The notes: a model not told the origin generated them from the letters alone. DNA of 64,000 nt from Escherichia coli (GCF_044324875.1 NZ_CP172186.1); one strand, 5' to 3'. Counted from the stretch's first letter, positions 9,600 to 21,929 are shown. Numbers and translations are program-made.

Positions 9600-9989
9600 T
9601 TACATCGTGTGAAAATTCCCGGTGTATTTGCGCCAGCCCCCCAGTGCTGTAATCTCCTTCTGGCCTTCAGTCAGCCAGCTTTCTGCCAGTACGCCCAGTA
9701 CTTCGCTACCATCGGCAAGTTTGATTTTTCCAATGGTCAGGCCTTCGGGTTCGTTCATTAACAGTTCGGCAAAACTGGCCAGAGGCAGTTGCCAGATTTC
9801 TACGTCTACGTGTGCTCCTCCTTCATTCACGCGGATCATTCCGGGATGACGATCATTAATACTCCATAACCGGTAATGGGCGTCAGTTCGGTCTTCACGG
9901 ACAAAAATACCGCCCGCTTTTTGCATATTTGGGTTGAGTTCCAGACCGCGCATCAGCGTTCCGTTAACGGCTAAAAGTGTTGTAGTCAT
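9600..9989 (-). CDS. gamma-glutamylcyclotransferase-like (AIG2/GGCT fold) small protein
   Basis: 129 aa; N-terminal LLAVNGTLMRG motif typical of GGCT-like fold (cf. YGSL motif). Confidence 0.45.
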   Translation of the reverse strand: MTTTLLAVNGTLMRGLELNPNMQKAGGIFVREDRTDAHYRLWSINDRHPGMIRVNEGGAHVDVEIWQLPLASFAELLMNEPEGLTIGKIKLADGSEVLGVLAESWLTEGQKEITALGGWRKYTGNFHTM

Positions 9990-10005
9990 TGTGTTCTCCA
10001 GAGAA

Positions 10006-10962
10006 TTAAAGGGTTATCCATGTTCCGCTCTGATGTGCCAGGGCTGCTTTTATGGTTTGCGGTGAAGTAATCAGTCCGCTGGCCTGTTTGCCTTGTTGCT
10101 GGCTGGCATTGATGAAATCAATAATGGCTTCCACTTTGGGTTGCATACTGCCGACACCAAACTGACCTTCCTGCAACAGCGTTTGAGCTTCGTAGACGCT
10201 GATAGCGTCGAGCCATTGTTGTTGTGGTGTACCAAAGTGAATCGCCACTTTTTCTACACCGGTGGGGATCACCAGCAGATCAGCGCCTAACTGACTGGCG
10301 AGCAATGCGGAGGCCAGGTCTTTATCGATCACGGCTTCCACACCTTTCAGTTGTTGCCCGTCTCGCACCACAGGTATACCGCCGCCGCCGCAGGCTATAA
10401 CCAGATATCCCTGGCGCACAAGGTGAGCGATGGTGTGGTGCTCAATAATTTCCAGTGGCGCAGGAGAGGGAACTGTACGCCGCCAACCACGCCCGGCGTC
10501 CTCCATCAGCGTCCAGCCGAGTTGTTGTTGGCGTTGTTGTGCTGTTTCTTCATCAAGAAACACGCCAATCGGTTTACTGGGGCTGGCGAAAGCATCGTCA
10601 TATGGGCTGACTCGCGTTTGTGTCACCAGGGCAATTACCGGTTTGTTTATGCCACGGCGAGCCAATTCGTTATGCAGCGCTTTCTGGAACATGTATCCAA
10701 TGGCGCCTTGGGTATCACCCACGGCGTAATCCAGAGGAACCGGAGAAACTTCGTTACTGGCAAGTTCAGAGCGGCGCAGAATAAAGCCTACCTGCGGGCC
10801 ATTACCATGGGTTAGCACCAGGTCCCATCCGGCTTCAACCATATCAACGATATGCTGCACGCTTTCCATTACTGCAACATATTGATCGGGAATACTATTG
10901 CGTTTATCGTCCTGAATGAGCGCATTGCCGCCAACCGCGACGACAGCCAGTGGCTTAACCAT
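10006..10962 (-). CDS. carbamate kinase (YahI/ArcC family)
   Basis: MVKPLAVVAVGGNAL..., HGNGPQVG, GGGGIPV motifs; start chosen at internal ATG overlapping upstream stop (ATGGTTAA). Confidence 0.85.
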   Translation of the reverse strand: MVKPLAVVAVGGNALIQDDKRNSIPDQYVAVMESVQHIVDMVEAGWDLVLTHGNGPQVGFILRRSELASNEVSPVPLDYAVGDTQGAIGYMFQKALHNELARRGINKPVIALVTQTRVSPYDDAFASPSKPIGVFLDEETAQQRQQQLGWTLMEDAGRGWRRTVPSPAPLEIIEHHTIAHLVRQGYLVIACGGGGIPVVRDGQQLKGVEAVIDKDLASALLASQLGADLLVIPTGVEKVAIHFGTPQQQWLDAISVYEAQTLLQEGQFGVGSMQPKVEAIIDFINASQQQGKQASGLITSPQTIKAALAHQSGTWITL

Positions 10963-12379
10963 GATGGTTCTCCTTTGCGACGATCTCCGCCAGTTCACGT
11001 ACAGCAGCGACAAAACAGGCCATCGGTGCAGTGGTGATCCCGGCACCAATTTGTCCGACTCCCGCTTGTTTGTGGGCGATACCCGTATTGATGACCGGTA
11101 AAATGCCACGATCGGTCACTTTACACGCATCAATACCTGCTGCGGTGGGGGCAAAATTGAGGGCTGGAAGTGTAAATGCGGGGTTACCGCCGAGGGTGAT
11201 TGCCTGCATCCGACGGCTGTTATTGGTGGCATCGGCAGGGGTGCCTCCCACAAATTTAACAATCGCCGGAGATGACGCCATCGCGAAGCCACCCACACCT
11301 GCGGTTTCAGTAATTGCGCTATCACCCAGGTCAGCAGCGGCGTCGTCAACGCCAAATCCGGGGAAGAACAGACCTTCAACTGCATTGGCAGGAGCCTGAA
11401 ACCAGCGATCGCCAGTACCGGAAAGCCGAATACCAAAATTCACCCCGTTACGCGCCATCACCGTAACCATTGAACTGAACGGTACATTGGCGGCGGCATC
11501 CATCATTGCTTTACAGGCAGCCATCGACAAATTGAGGAAGAAGTGATCGTTACCTGTGATAAATGCCACGACGCGCTGGATATGTTCCTGTGGAAGAGAG
11601 CAGGCCAGCAATGCCGGGAGCAGGCGCTTAATCAGCAAACCGGTAGCGGCAGCATTGCGGTTATGAACTTCATCCCCCATATGCAGCGCCTGCGCCATTA
11701 ATGGCTTGAGTTCCAGCTCGCCGTGTTGTGCGATTGCTGCTTTCATGGCCGGCGCCAGTTCATCACGCATCCAGGCCAGACGATTGAGAACTTCATCGTT
11801 ATTGGCACCAAAACGGAGAACCTTACCCAGACCCTCATTGAAATTGCTAAAAGTACGATGGCCGTTGGTTTTGTTTTCCACCACCCATAATGGCATCGAC
11901 GGGCTGATAATGCCTGCCATTGGTCCAACCGCGTGATAATGATGACAAGGAGCAAGGTCGATTTCGCCTGCGTTTATCTGGTTTTCTGCGTCTTTCTGGC
12001 TTGTAGCCCAGCCTTCGTACAGCATGGCACCAATAATCGCCCCTTTTACCGGACCACACATATCTTCCCAGGCAATCGGTGGACCAGAGTGTAAAATGCG
12101 TTTTTGTTCAGCCATTTCGGGGATGGCTTCTTTAGCGAGCATGACATCCACCAACACGGGCTGTGCTTCGAGATAACGTGTCATGGCGATTTGGTTGGCA
12201 CTTTCTACCAGTGGATGGCGTAGTAATGACGCCAGAACCAAACCGGTGTCAATATCACCTTGTGCTGGCGGCTGCCAGTTGAGGGATATAGCATGCCCTC
12301 CTGCATGTTGAATATTGTCAGCAAAACTGTGTAGCCCCGCGTTCACGACCTTCAAAGGCTGATTAAATAAGGTATTCAT
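10955..12379 (-). CDS. DUF1116-family protein (YahG/YlbE-like)
   Basis: about 474 aa, N-terminus MNTLFNQPLKVVNAGL; translationally coupled to flanking genes. Confidence 0.65.
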   Translation of the reverse strand: MNTLFNQPLKVVNAGLHSFADNIQHAGGHAISLNWQPPAQGDIDTGLVLASLLRHPLVESANQIAMTRYLEAQPVLVDVMLAKEAIPEMAEQKRILHSGPPIAWEDMCGPVKGAIIGAMLYEGWATSQKDAENQINAGEIDLAPCHHYHAVGPMAGIISPSMPLWVVENKTNGHRTFSNFNEGLGKVLRFGANNDEVLNRLAWMRDELAPAMKAAIAQHGELELKPLMAQALHMGDEVHNRNAAATGLLIKRLLPALLACSLPQEHIQRVVAFITGNDHFFLNLSMAACKAMMDAAANVPFSSMVTVMARNGVNFGIRLSGTGDRWFQAPANAVEGLFFPGFGVDDAAADLGDSAITETAGVGGFAMASSPAIVKFVGGTPADATNNSRRMQAITLGGNPAFTLPALNFAPTAAGIDACKVTDRGILPVINTGIAHKQAGVGQIGAGITTAPMACFVAAVRELAEIVAKENHHG

Positions 12380-13935
12380 GCATTTAGCTCCTTTTTCTGC
12401 AACTGAGTCTGTGCAACGGTGCTGGCCCATAGCGCCGCCTGTGCATTGCTGTTGGCAATGATGACGCCTGCATTTTGTAGTGAGCTTATCTGCTGACTGC
12501 GTATTTGCGGATCAGCTTCTGTTCCGCAAACGTGGGCAATCAGCAACGGTGCATTATTCATGTCGATGTGTGAAAGTTGGTCCAGTAATTCGCTGACAGG
12601 CGTAGCGGAGGTGCCATAACCAAGTACAAGGTCGAATAACACAACGGCAGTATGTGAGTCGTTGAGTTCGTTGAGCAGACGTTGATTGCGCAGAGTCGGG
12701 TCGATCATTGGATGCGGTTTGCCACGGGTGAAATCATCGTCCCCCATATCAATCAGTGTATGATCTTCACTTTGCCAGATATTTGCCAGAGCACGATTAC
12801 CCGCAACTGGCGTATTGGAGGCGGCATGGAATCCCTTTTGTTGGCAGATAAGCTGAGCTTCGTAACAGAAGGTTCCTCCGGCGAAAACACCGCGTATCGC
12901 CTGGCGATGGACTGGCAGACTTTGGCAGGCGTTTTGTAACATTGTGAGATCGTCGCAGGAAACCTCGTTCTCGACAGCCGGAAGTGGCTGATCATTCAGT
13001 AACGCCACAGCGATGTCGGCGGCGCTGGCAAGTGTGGTGGCGGCAGTGATATTGGGACGTGCCAGATCATGCGGATTCGCCCCGAGGAAATTCACCACCA
13101 CGGGTTTTCCACAAGCCTCGGCGCGCTCCAGAATAGTCCGGGCAACGATCGGTGAAGGCGGTTTTGAAATAAGAACAATCACGTGAGTTTCATCGTCTTG
13201 TGCCAGCGCATCTAAAGCAAAGAGCATTGATATTCCACCAATCTCTTCACTGAGATCATGTCCGCCTGTTCCCAACGCCTGAGAAATACCCGCTCCGAGC
13301 TGGTCGATTCGGCAAGTCACTTCCTGTAGCCCGGTGCCTGACGCGCCAATAACACCAATTGCTCCGCGTTTCACCACATTAGCGAAGCCTAACGGAATGC
13401 CGTTAACAATGGCTGTTCCACAGTCAGGTCCCATTACGATGCGCTGACGTTCTCGGGCAAGCGTTTTGATGTATTTTTCCTGCCCGATACTGACGTTATC
13501 GCTGAACATCATCACGTTCATTCCGAGGTTTAACGCTTTAATTGCTTCGGCGGCGGCGTAGTCTCCCGGTACAGAAATGAGTGCCAGGTTGGCTTCGGGT
13601 TCAGCTTCCAGTGCCATTTCCAGGCTGACCTTTTCCGGTGATTTAATGCCACAATCCGTTTCATCATCGGGTTTGCTGGTCAGACGTTGCTGGGCCAGTA
13701 GCAGTGCTTCATTGCAAATATCTTCTTCACCCATGACTGCAATCACTAAATCATTGGGACTGGCGTTGATTTCGTTACCCAGACCCGCATCGCGCAATTG
13801 CTCGAGATTATTGGGTGTTCCCATGACGACCGAGGCCTGTTGAATACCGGGCAACTTGCTGATTTGCGCGGAAATCTGCATCAGAGAAACTGAGTCCTGA
13901 TAAAGATTACTGAAAACTTTATATTTAACTTTCAT
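12376..13935 (-). CDS. FdrA/YahF-like protein (succinyl-CoA synthetase alpha-like CoA-binding fold)
   Basis: N-terminus MKVKYKVFSNLYQDSVSLMQIS resembles FdrA; GASGTGLQEV and CoA-ligase-like glycine motifs. Confidence 0.7.
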   Translation of the reverse strand: MKVKYKVFSNLYQDSVSLMQISAQISKLPGIQQASVVMGTPNNLEQLRDAGLGNEINASPNDLVIAVMGEEDICNEALLLAQQRLTSKPDDETDCGIKSPEKVSLEMALEAEPEANLALISVPGDYAAAEAIKALNLGMNVMMFSDNVSIGQEKYIKTLARERQRIVMGPDCGTAIVNGIPLGFANVVKRGAIGVIGASGTGLQEVTCRIDQLGAGISQALGTGGHDLSEEIGGISMLFALDALAQDDETHVIVLISKPPSPIVARTILERAEACGKPVVVNFLGANPHDLARPNITAATTLASAADIAVALLNDQPLPAVENEVSCDDLTMLQNACQSLPVHRQAIRGVFAGGTFCYEAQLICQQKGFHAASNTPVAGNRALANIWQSEDHTLIDMGDDDFTRGKPHPMIDPTLRNQRLLNELNDSHTAVVLFDLVLGYGTSATPVSELLDQLSHIDMNNAPLLIAHVCGTEADPQIRSQQISSLQNAGVIIANSNAQAALWASTVAQTQLQKKELNA

Positions 13936-14029
13936 GCTGTTACGCCTGTTCCATTCCGCCCGATAGCAAAATTCGGGCAAAGCATCCCCGTGTAGCCCCA
14001 TAAACGGGCTACGGGAGAAAAGGTTGAAA

Positions 14030-14890
14030 TCAATTCATGGTGTTCAGGGTTCGAAATCCATGCAGCATTCCTGCAAGGCAATTTACTCCTGATGTTGCGC
14101 CAAATTGCATGATCTGTTCTGTACAGGATGCGATTGTCATTGCCGATGCGCTCCCAACCAGTTGTGCGAGTAACCGGCAAATCGGTTCTGAAAAATGTCC
14201 CTGAAGCGCACGTTGCAGATAATGACGACTTATATCCGTGGTGTTGTGTGCATGTTGTTCAATTGCCTTCTGCAACCTGTATTGATGATTGGCAAGTGGT
14301 GCAGGGAGTTGCCATAACCAGAGGGCTGCCAGATAGCCCAGCAAATAGTCATCTCCATCGGGCGTTAAGCCTTTACCAAAGCCGATCAGTTGGGGTACCT
14401 GGCGTTCCAGCGCATCTGGATGTTCCATAATATCTAATCCCTGGTGCGTGAGACTATCCGGCAGGTGCAATGTGCTTTGAACGTTATGCTCCAGACAAAA
14501 TAAAAGCCGTTGCGATGCTATCGTGGGGTAGTGCTGGAAAACCAAAGGCAATGCCTCAAGAGTCAGCATTCCCCCCACAAATGGCGACTGCCAGAGCGTT
14601 GCGTTATCGAGCGCCACACAAAATCGAGGTGTCCGCAGTAAGCCTGGGGTTAATTGAATGGGATCTGAATGGGCAATCTCTCTTCGCCAGTCCCAACATT
14701 CAGGTAGCCAGACTCTGGCAGCATCAGGGAGATTCAGATACGTTTGCGCACACAACAGAGTGATGAATGTTCCCGCGTCTGAATACAGATTTACCGCATG
14801 TTTAAAAGCGCTATGTAGACGTAAATCTTGCGTTTCATTCTGCGGGAAAAGATATCCCAACGACGATGCACAAAGCGTAACCTGTACCAT
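14030..14890 (-). CDS. DUF2877-like protein (YahE/YlbF-like)
   Basis: 286-aa ORF in conserved position beside FdrA-like and DUF1116 genes. Confidence 0.45.
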   Translation of the reverse strand: MVQVTLCASSLGYLFPQNETQDLRLHSAFKHAVNLYSDAGTFITLLCAQTYLNLPDAARVWLPECWDWRREIAHSDPIQLTPGLLRTPRFCVALDNATLWQSPFVGGMLTLEALPLVFQHYPTIASQRLLFCLEHNVQSTLHLPDSLTHQGLDIMEHPDALERQVPQLIGFGKGLTPDGDDYLLGYLAALWLWQLPAPLANHQYRLQKAIEQHAHNTTDISRHYLQRALQGHFSEPICRLLAQLVGSASAMTIASCTEQIMQFGATSGVNCLAGMLHGFRTLNTMN

Positions 14891-14895
14891 CGGCG

Positions 14896-15564
14896 TTAGC
14901 CTTCCAGACCTGCAATAATGGCTTTGGAATCAGTAACCCAACCGAAAATGGCACCTTGTGCTTTGATCATCTCAAGGGCGTATTTCTGGAATTCCGGGAA
15001 ATAGGAGCCAACGCAATCTTCCGGTATGATGCATTCATAGCCACGGTCATTTGCTTCACGCACGGTGGTGGTTACGCAAACTTCGGTAGTCACGCCACAA
15101 ACAATAAGTGTCTTGATACCACGCTTTTGCAAAATCAGATGTAAGTCGGTTTGATAAAAAGCGCCTTTACCGGGTTTATCAATCACAGGTTCGCCTGTCA
15201 CCGGATACAGTTCAGGAATGATGTCATGACCTGCCTCACCCCTGACCAGAATGCGTCCCATCGGTCCTGGTTCACCAATAAAGGTTTTTCCGCCGCGCGT
15301 CAGTTTGGCTGATGGGCAGTCGCTTAAGTCTTCACGATGGCCTTCACGGGTATGAATAACCATAATTCCTTTTTGACGTGCGGCTGCCAGAACTTCTTTA
15401 CATGGTGCGATAGCCGTGCGAACCAGTGAAACATCATTACCCAATGCTTCTCCAAACCCTCCTGCTTCGACAAAATCACGTTGCATGTCTATCATGATCA
15501 GTGCCGTTGTGCACGGATCAAAGGGTAATTCAAAGGGTTGAGCCTGAAAAATGGATATCGTCAT
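14896..15564 (-). CDS. isochorismatase-family cysteine hydrolase (N-carbamoylsarcosine amidase-like)
   Basis: IMIDMQRDF, catalytic-Cys region LIVCGVTTEVCV; 222 aa from MTISIFQ. Confidence 0.8.
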   Translation of the reverse strand: MTISIFQAQPFELPFDPCTTALIMIDMQRDFVEAGGFGEALGNDVSLVRTAIAPCKEVLAAARQKGIMVIHTREGHREDLSDCPSAKLTRGGKTFIGEPGPMGRILVRGEAGHDIIPELYPVTGEPVIDKPGKGAFYQTDLHLILQKRGIKTLIVCGVTTEVCVTTTVREANDRGYECIIPEDCVGSYFPEFQKYALEMIKAQGAIFGWVTDSKAIIAGLEG

Positions 15565-15834
15565 GACAAATCTCCAGTATATATTGTTTACTGGTGACGA
15601 GTATTCAATATAAAGGTGACCCACAACAGAAAAAAAAGTTGTTTTACAGGAGCGAATATTTTTGAGGTGTCTAAATGTTGTTATGAAAAATGTGATTTAT
15701 ATCAATCTATGACATTCATAAACAACTTTTTTCAAATGTTTATTTGTTTAATATTAAAAAAATTGTCGATATATTGTGATATTAATCATCCTATTTGGCA
15801 GGGATAGTGCTGATTTTTAACAAATACCCCTTAC

Positions 15835-15970
15835 CCCCGTCCTTCAACGGGGATATAAAGCGCTGTTTTCCACCTAACCAGGTGTCTGCTGCTATTCAAT
15901 GTATTGGCGGATGACGGATGCCGCCCGTTGAAGCAGGAACCCACGTCCTTAGGGCGTGGAGGATGTCAAA
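15835..15970 (+). repeat. 136-bp structured direct repeat, copy 2
   Basis: matches 7149-7284 with 3 mismatches. Confidence 0.8.
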
Positions 15971-16022
15971 TACCCGCCCTCATTGAGAGAGAAGCTACGA
16001 GATTTTCGCTAAGGGACACAGG

Positions 16023-16430
16023 TCATACGGGAGATGGCGGTTCCCAGCGTTTATCCTGCTCCGGCGGAGGCAGTGATGCGTCATCGTTGCTGTTCGCCGC
16101 GATATAATCGCGGTAGTAGCGTTCACTTCCTTCCCGGTGATGATCCACATCCGGTCGTGTAATCCTGTAGTCTTCGTGACCGGTACGGCCTGTCACATTA
16201 TGCCAGGCAACCATTTCAGCAAAGACCTGGTTAAATTGTTTGTCGTTTCCTTCTGGTTCAAAGCCCATTCTGGGATCACGCTCAAACAATACAGGTGCAA
16301 TCAAATCCAGTTTATCTGCCAGCGCATTGCGGTCATGGTGATTACGGAAAACAACCCTGTCACCATAATCCGTACAGACAAACTCTCCCGTCCGACGGTC
16401 ACGGAAACGAACACTCCCGTTCTTCTGCAA
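16023..16430 (-). CDS. hypothetical protein, possibly truncated by adjacent IS
   Basis: 135-aa ORF abutting IS629-like end; no motif recognised. Confidence 0.2.
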   Translation of the reverse strand: MQKNGSVRFRDRRTGEFVCTDYGDRVVFRNHHDRNALADKLDLIAPVLFERDPRMGFEPEGNDKQFNQVFAEMVAWHNVTGRTGHEDYRITRPDVDHHREGSERYYRDYIAANSNDDASLPPPEQDKRWEPPSPV

Positions 16431-16498
16431 ACGGGCCTCGAGATCACCGGTATTACTGAACCGCCCCGGGTTTCCTGGAGAGTGTTTTATCTGTGAAC

Positions 16499-17389
16499 TC
16501 AGGCTGCCAGATCATCGTTTCCGATGGAAGCATAATAAGCTTTTTCTGCTTCTGCCGGTGGGATATGGCCCAGCCTTTCCAGCAATCGTCGATTGTTATA
16601 CCAGTCCACCCACGTGAGTGTGGCCAGCTCCACTTCTGTCCGGTTTTTCCAGCTCTTACGGTGTATTACCTCCGCTTTGTAAAGGCCATTGATGCTCTCC
16701 GCCATCGCGTTGTCATACGAGTCACCAGTACTTCCTGTTGATGCCAGTAATCCGGCTTCCTTAAGCCGCTGTGTGTAGGCCAGCGATACATACTGAGAAC
16801 CTTTATCACTGTGATGGACTGTGCCGGACGGTCGACGGGCCCATAACGCCTGCTCCAGAGCATCCAGCACGAATGTCGTTTCCATAGACGATGAGACCCG
16901 CCACCCCACGATGTATCCGGCAAACACATCAATGATGAACGCCACATAGACGACCCCCTGCCATGTGCTGACGTAAGTAAAATCAGCCACCCACAACTGG
17001 TCAGGACGTTCTGCCACAAACTGACGGTTTACGCGGTCGCCTGCGGCAACGGCTTTCCGGCTGACGGTAGTGCGGACCTTTTTACCCCGGAGAACACCGG
17101 CAAGTCCCATAACCGCCATGAGGCGCGCCACTGTACATCTGGCTACCCTGATTCCTTCCCGTAACAACTGACGCCAGACTTTACGCACACCGTATACCTG
17201 ATGATTCCCATCGTATACGCGCAGTATCTCTTTCTTCAGCCAGTCATCGCGCTGCGCACGGGCACTGCGTTTATCAGGATGATGTCGCTGTTGCTGACAG
17301 TGGTAATACGTTGACGGGGCAATATGTAGTTCACTGCATACCGGTCCGACCCCGTACAGCTTACGCAGCTTATCCAGCAGTGGCATCAC
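16499..17389 (-). CDS. IS3-family transposase OrfB (IS629-like)
   Basis: 296 aa, integrase-core DDE region. Confidence 0.85.
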   Translation of the reverse strand: MMPLLDKLRKLYGVGPVCSELHIAPSTYYHCQQQRHHPDKRSARAQRDDWLKKEILRVYDGNHQVYGVRKVWRQLLREGIRVARCTVARLMAVMGLAGVLRGKKVRTTVSRKAVAAGDRVNRQFVAERPDQLWVADFTYVSTWQGVVYVAFIIDVFAGYIVGWRVSSSMETTFVLDALEQALWARRPSGTVHHSDKGSQYVSLAYTQRLKEAGLLASTGSTGDSYDNAMAESINGLYKAEVIHRKSWKNRTEVELATLTWVDWYNNRRLLERLGHIPPAEAEKAYYASIGNDDLAA

Positions 17390-17712
17390 TTTTTCCAGAG
17401 GCGGTCGAACTCCGCCTTCGCAAAATAAGCGGAAGCCTGGCGAAGGATATCGTTACTGCGGCGCAGTTCACGATTTTCACGTTCCAGCTCTTTCAGACGC
17501 TGACGTTCAGCGGTGGTGAGCCCGCCATCACCGCCTCCGGTATCCCGCTCATGCTGGCGTACCCAGACACGCAGAGTCTCCGGTGTACAGCCAATCTTTG
17601 GGGCAATGGAACAAATTGCCGCCCACTGTGAGTCATATTCGCCCTGACTTTCCAGAACCATACGAATCGCCCTCTGACGGACTTCGGGGGAAAAACGAGT
17701 ATTTTTAGTCAT
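17386..17712 (-). CDS. IS3-family transposase OrfA (IS629-like)
   Basis: 108 aa, HTH plus leucine zipper ([42 protein letters not shown]...). Confidence 0.85.
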   Translation of the reverse strand: MTKNTRFSPEVRQRAIRMVLESQGEYDSQWAAICSIAPKIGCTPETLRVWVRQHERDTGGGDGGLTTAERQRLKELERENRELRRSNDILRQASAYFAKAEFDRLWKK

Positions 17713-17779
17713 TCTGTTTACCTCTTTCTCAGGGAGTTTAGTCTCCAGGATTCCCGGGGCGGTTCAGGTCACCGATGCC

Positions 17780-18559
17780 GTGATGGAGCAGGTTGTAGAA
17801 TGGCAAAACAGACCACTGGATGCTGTTTACCCCATTGTTTATCTTGACTGTATCGTCCTGAAAGTTCGGCAGGACAGTCGCGTCATCAACAAATCGGTGT
17901 TCCTGGCACTGGGCATCAATATCGAAGGTCAGAAAGAACTGCTGGGTATGTGGCTGGCCGAAAATGAAGGGGCGAAGTTCTGGCTCAATGTGCTGACTGA
18001 ACTGAAAAACCGCGGTCTGAACGATATCCTCATCGCCTGTGTGGATGGCCTGAAAGGCTTCCCGGATGCCATCAACACAGTATATCCGAAGGCCCGCATC
18101 CAGTTATGCATCGTGCATATGGTGCGCAACAGCCTGCGCTTCGTGTCATGGAAGGACTACAAGGCCGTCACTCGCGACCTGAAAGCGATTTATCAGGCTC
18201 CCACGGAAGAGGCAGGTCAGCAGGCACTGGAAGCGTTCGCTGCGGCCTGGGACAGTCGCTATCCTCAGATAAGCCGAAGCTGGCAGGCTAACTGGCCGAA
18301 TCTTGCCACGTTCTTCGCTTATCCAACGGACATCCGCAAAGTGATCTATACGACGAATGCCATCGAGTCGCTAAACAGCGTGATCCGCCATGCGATCAAA
18401 AAGCGTAAAGTGTTCCCGACAGACGACTCGGTGAAAAAAGTGGTGTGGCTGGCAATCCAGTCTGCGTCCCAGAAATGGACGATGCCGTTGAAGGACTGGC
18501 GAATGGCAATGAGCCGCTTTATTATCGAGTTCGGTGACCGCCTGGACGGTCACTTCTGA
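17780..18559 (+). pseudogene. IS256-family (mutator-type) transposase, C-terminal fragment truncated by IS629-like copy A
   Basis: 259-aa ORF matching C-terminal two-thirds of IS256-family transposases; begins at the IS boundary. Confidence 0.65.
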
Positions 18560-18754
18560 GAAAAGGCATTTACACAGAATCCTAAACAGGCTCCCGTCAC
18601 GATACCCGGTATCAATCAATGAAGTCCATTTAATTGATGACGTCGAAGTTATGGCATGTGTGACGATGCTGAGAAAGCGCCCTTTTTCAGGTGTTTTTTT
18701 AATCTTTTTGGGGTTTAAATTCCTATTGATGAACAACGCTTTCATTTACGGGAC

Positions 18755-18790
18755 AATGACCGGCAACGCTCCCGGTACACCGGGAGCGTT
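18755..18790. terminator. perfect 12-bp stem hairpin downstream of rafY
   Basis: AACGCTCCCGGT-ac-ACCGGGAGCGTT; no clear U-tract. Confidence 0.3.
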
Positions 18791-18795
18791 AGTGT

Positions 18796-20343
<1,548 letters not shown>

Positions 20344-20391
20344 TCACCCGCAACAAAAATGACGTGCACAACGGTTACGGGCAGGAAACGG

Positions 20392-21318
20392 TCAGGGGTG
20401 TTTCAGTAAATCCTGGCGACGGGGTAACGCTGTCATGGCACCTTTTGCTGTCGTGGCAAGCGCACCACAGCGCTGGGCCTGTTCGATGACGGATGCGAGT
20501 GCCTGCTCACCGGAGGGCATCCCCTCTGCCGCCAGCGCTGCCAGCAGACCTGCCACGAAGGCGTCACCGGCACCGGTCGTGTCCACACTCACCACCGGTG
20601 TTGCCGGGAAGTACAGGTTTTTTCCCTGCCAGCGAGCCATCACGCCATCCTTTCCTTGGGTTACCAGCAGCAGTGCCAGGGGATAATGTGATGCCAGAAC
20701 ATCGGTTCCCTTCCGGACATCCTGTTCACCGCTGATAAAGAACAGTTCCTCTTCCGATACCTTTGCCACATCCGCCAGCATGAGCGCCCGGTGCAGACAC
20801 TCACGCAGTTGCGATGTGCTCTGCCACAGGTCAGTCCGGATGTTGGGGTCAAAGCTGACCCTGCCGCCAGCCTGCCGGATGTTCTCCATGGCCTGAAACG
20901 TGGCGCTGCGGCAGGGCTCTGCACTCAGGGCATTGGAGCAGGTATGCAGCCATTCACCGGCACGAAAGGGCGGTAAATCATCAGGGGTAAGGAAAAGGTC
21001 TGCCGAAGGGCGCACCATAAATGTGAAGGTTCGTTCACCACCCGGCACCAGCGACACCACCACTGTGGAAGTCCGGTACAGAGGGTCGGTATGCATATAC
21101 GCCGTGTCCACACCCTCATCAGCCAGGGTTTTGCGCATAAAACGCCCGAAAGGGTCATCCCCCACACACCCGACAAACCCGCTCAGGCCCCCCAGTCGGG
21201 CCACGCCCACGGCAACATTGGCAGGCGCACCACCAGGGCACTGCAACAGCGTGCCCGGCTTCTCCGGTAATAAATCCACCACGGCATCACCGAGACCCCA
21301 TACTTTTACTGTACTCAT
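20392..21318 (-). CDS. PfkB-family fructokinase (ScrK/CscK-like)
   Basis: GGAPANVAVGVARLG and DTTGAGDAFVAGLL motifs. Confidence 0.8.
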   Translation of the reverse strand: MSTVKVWGLGDAVVDLLPEKPGTLLQCPGGAPANVAVGVARLGGLSGFVGCVGDDPFGRFMRKTLADEGVDTAYMHTDPLYRTSTVVVSLVPGGERTFTFMVRPSADLFLTPDDLPPFRAGEWLHTCSNALSAEPCRSATFQAMENIRQAGGRVSFDPNIRTDLWQSTSQLRECLHRALMLADVAKVSEEELFFISGEQDVRKGTDVLASHYPLALLLVTQGKDGVMARWQGKNLYFPATPVVSVDTTGAGDAFVAGLLAALAAEGMPSGEQALASVIEQAQRCGALATTAKGAMTALPRRQDLLKHP

Positions 21319-21347
21319 TCATACTCCATGATTTTCATCAGTCATAT

Positions 21348-21924
21348 TCAGCGGATGACAGACAGCTCAAACATCGCCATATCCGTGGTTCCGGCTGGAA
21401 TTGGATACCAACCCGCATTCCGGAGCAGGGCAGCGAGGGCAGACACATCGCCGGTCAGGGGATGCAGCAACCTCCCCTGATAATCAAATGCCGCCTCAAG
21501 ACGTGAGCGGGAAAGATAAAAGCTGCCGGCATCCCCGTTCGGAACCACGACATTACGCCCCTCCCATTTCCGGTCGCTCAGTATCCGCCAGCACCAGCCC
21601 TGCTCCCTGATGGTTTCCAGGGCGAATGTCAGGCGGAACAGGTCAGTCTGTACCGACACATCACCAGAGCAGGCCTGCCACAGATACTCCAGCCTGCTGC
21701 GGATATCTTTCGCCCCGCTTTCACTCTGCAGGGCTCTGATATGTGCGGGGAAAACGGTGCTGTTTCAGTGCTGTGCTCCGCCAGCGGTTTAGAAACAGGT
21801 TTTCCTGGATTTTTGACGCAATCCGGCCATCCCGGCGGGCCAGATGCAGGGCTACCAGCCCGCACCAGGTCAGATGTGCGGCTTTCCCTGATACCAGCTG
21901 CCCGCTGGCGATATTGTCACTCAT
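21348..21924 (-). pseudogene. possible frameshifted or degenerate gene between fructokinase and crr-like genes
   Basis: two same-strand ORFs (21721-21924, 21348-21659) with no motif; 600-bp gap inside otherwise tight operon. Confidence 0.2.
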
Positions 21925-21929
21925 GGCGC

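Larger units (their letters stand above)
16457..17766 (-). mobile_element. IS629/IS1203-like IS3-family element, copy A (1310 bp)
   Basis: terminal IRs TGAACCGCCCCGGG...; orfA 108 aa and orfB 296 aa with DDE motif. Confidence 0.85.
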
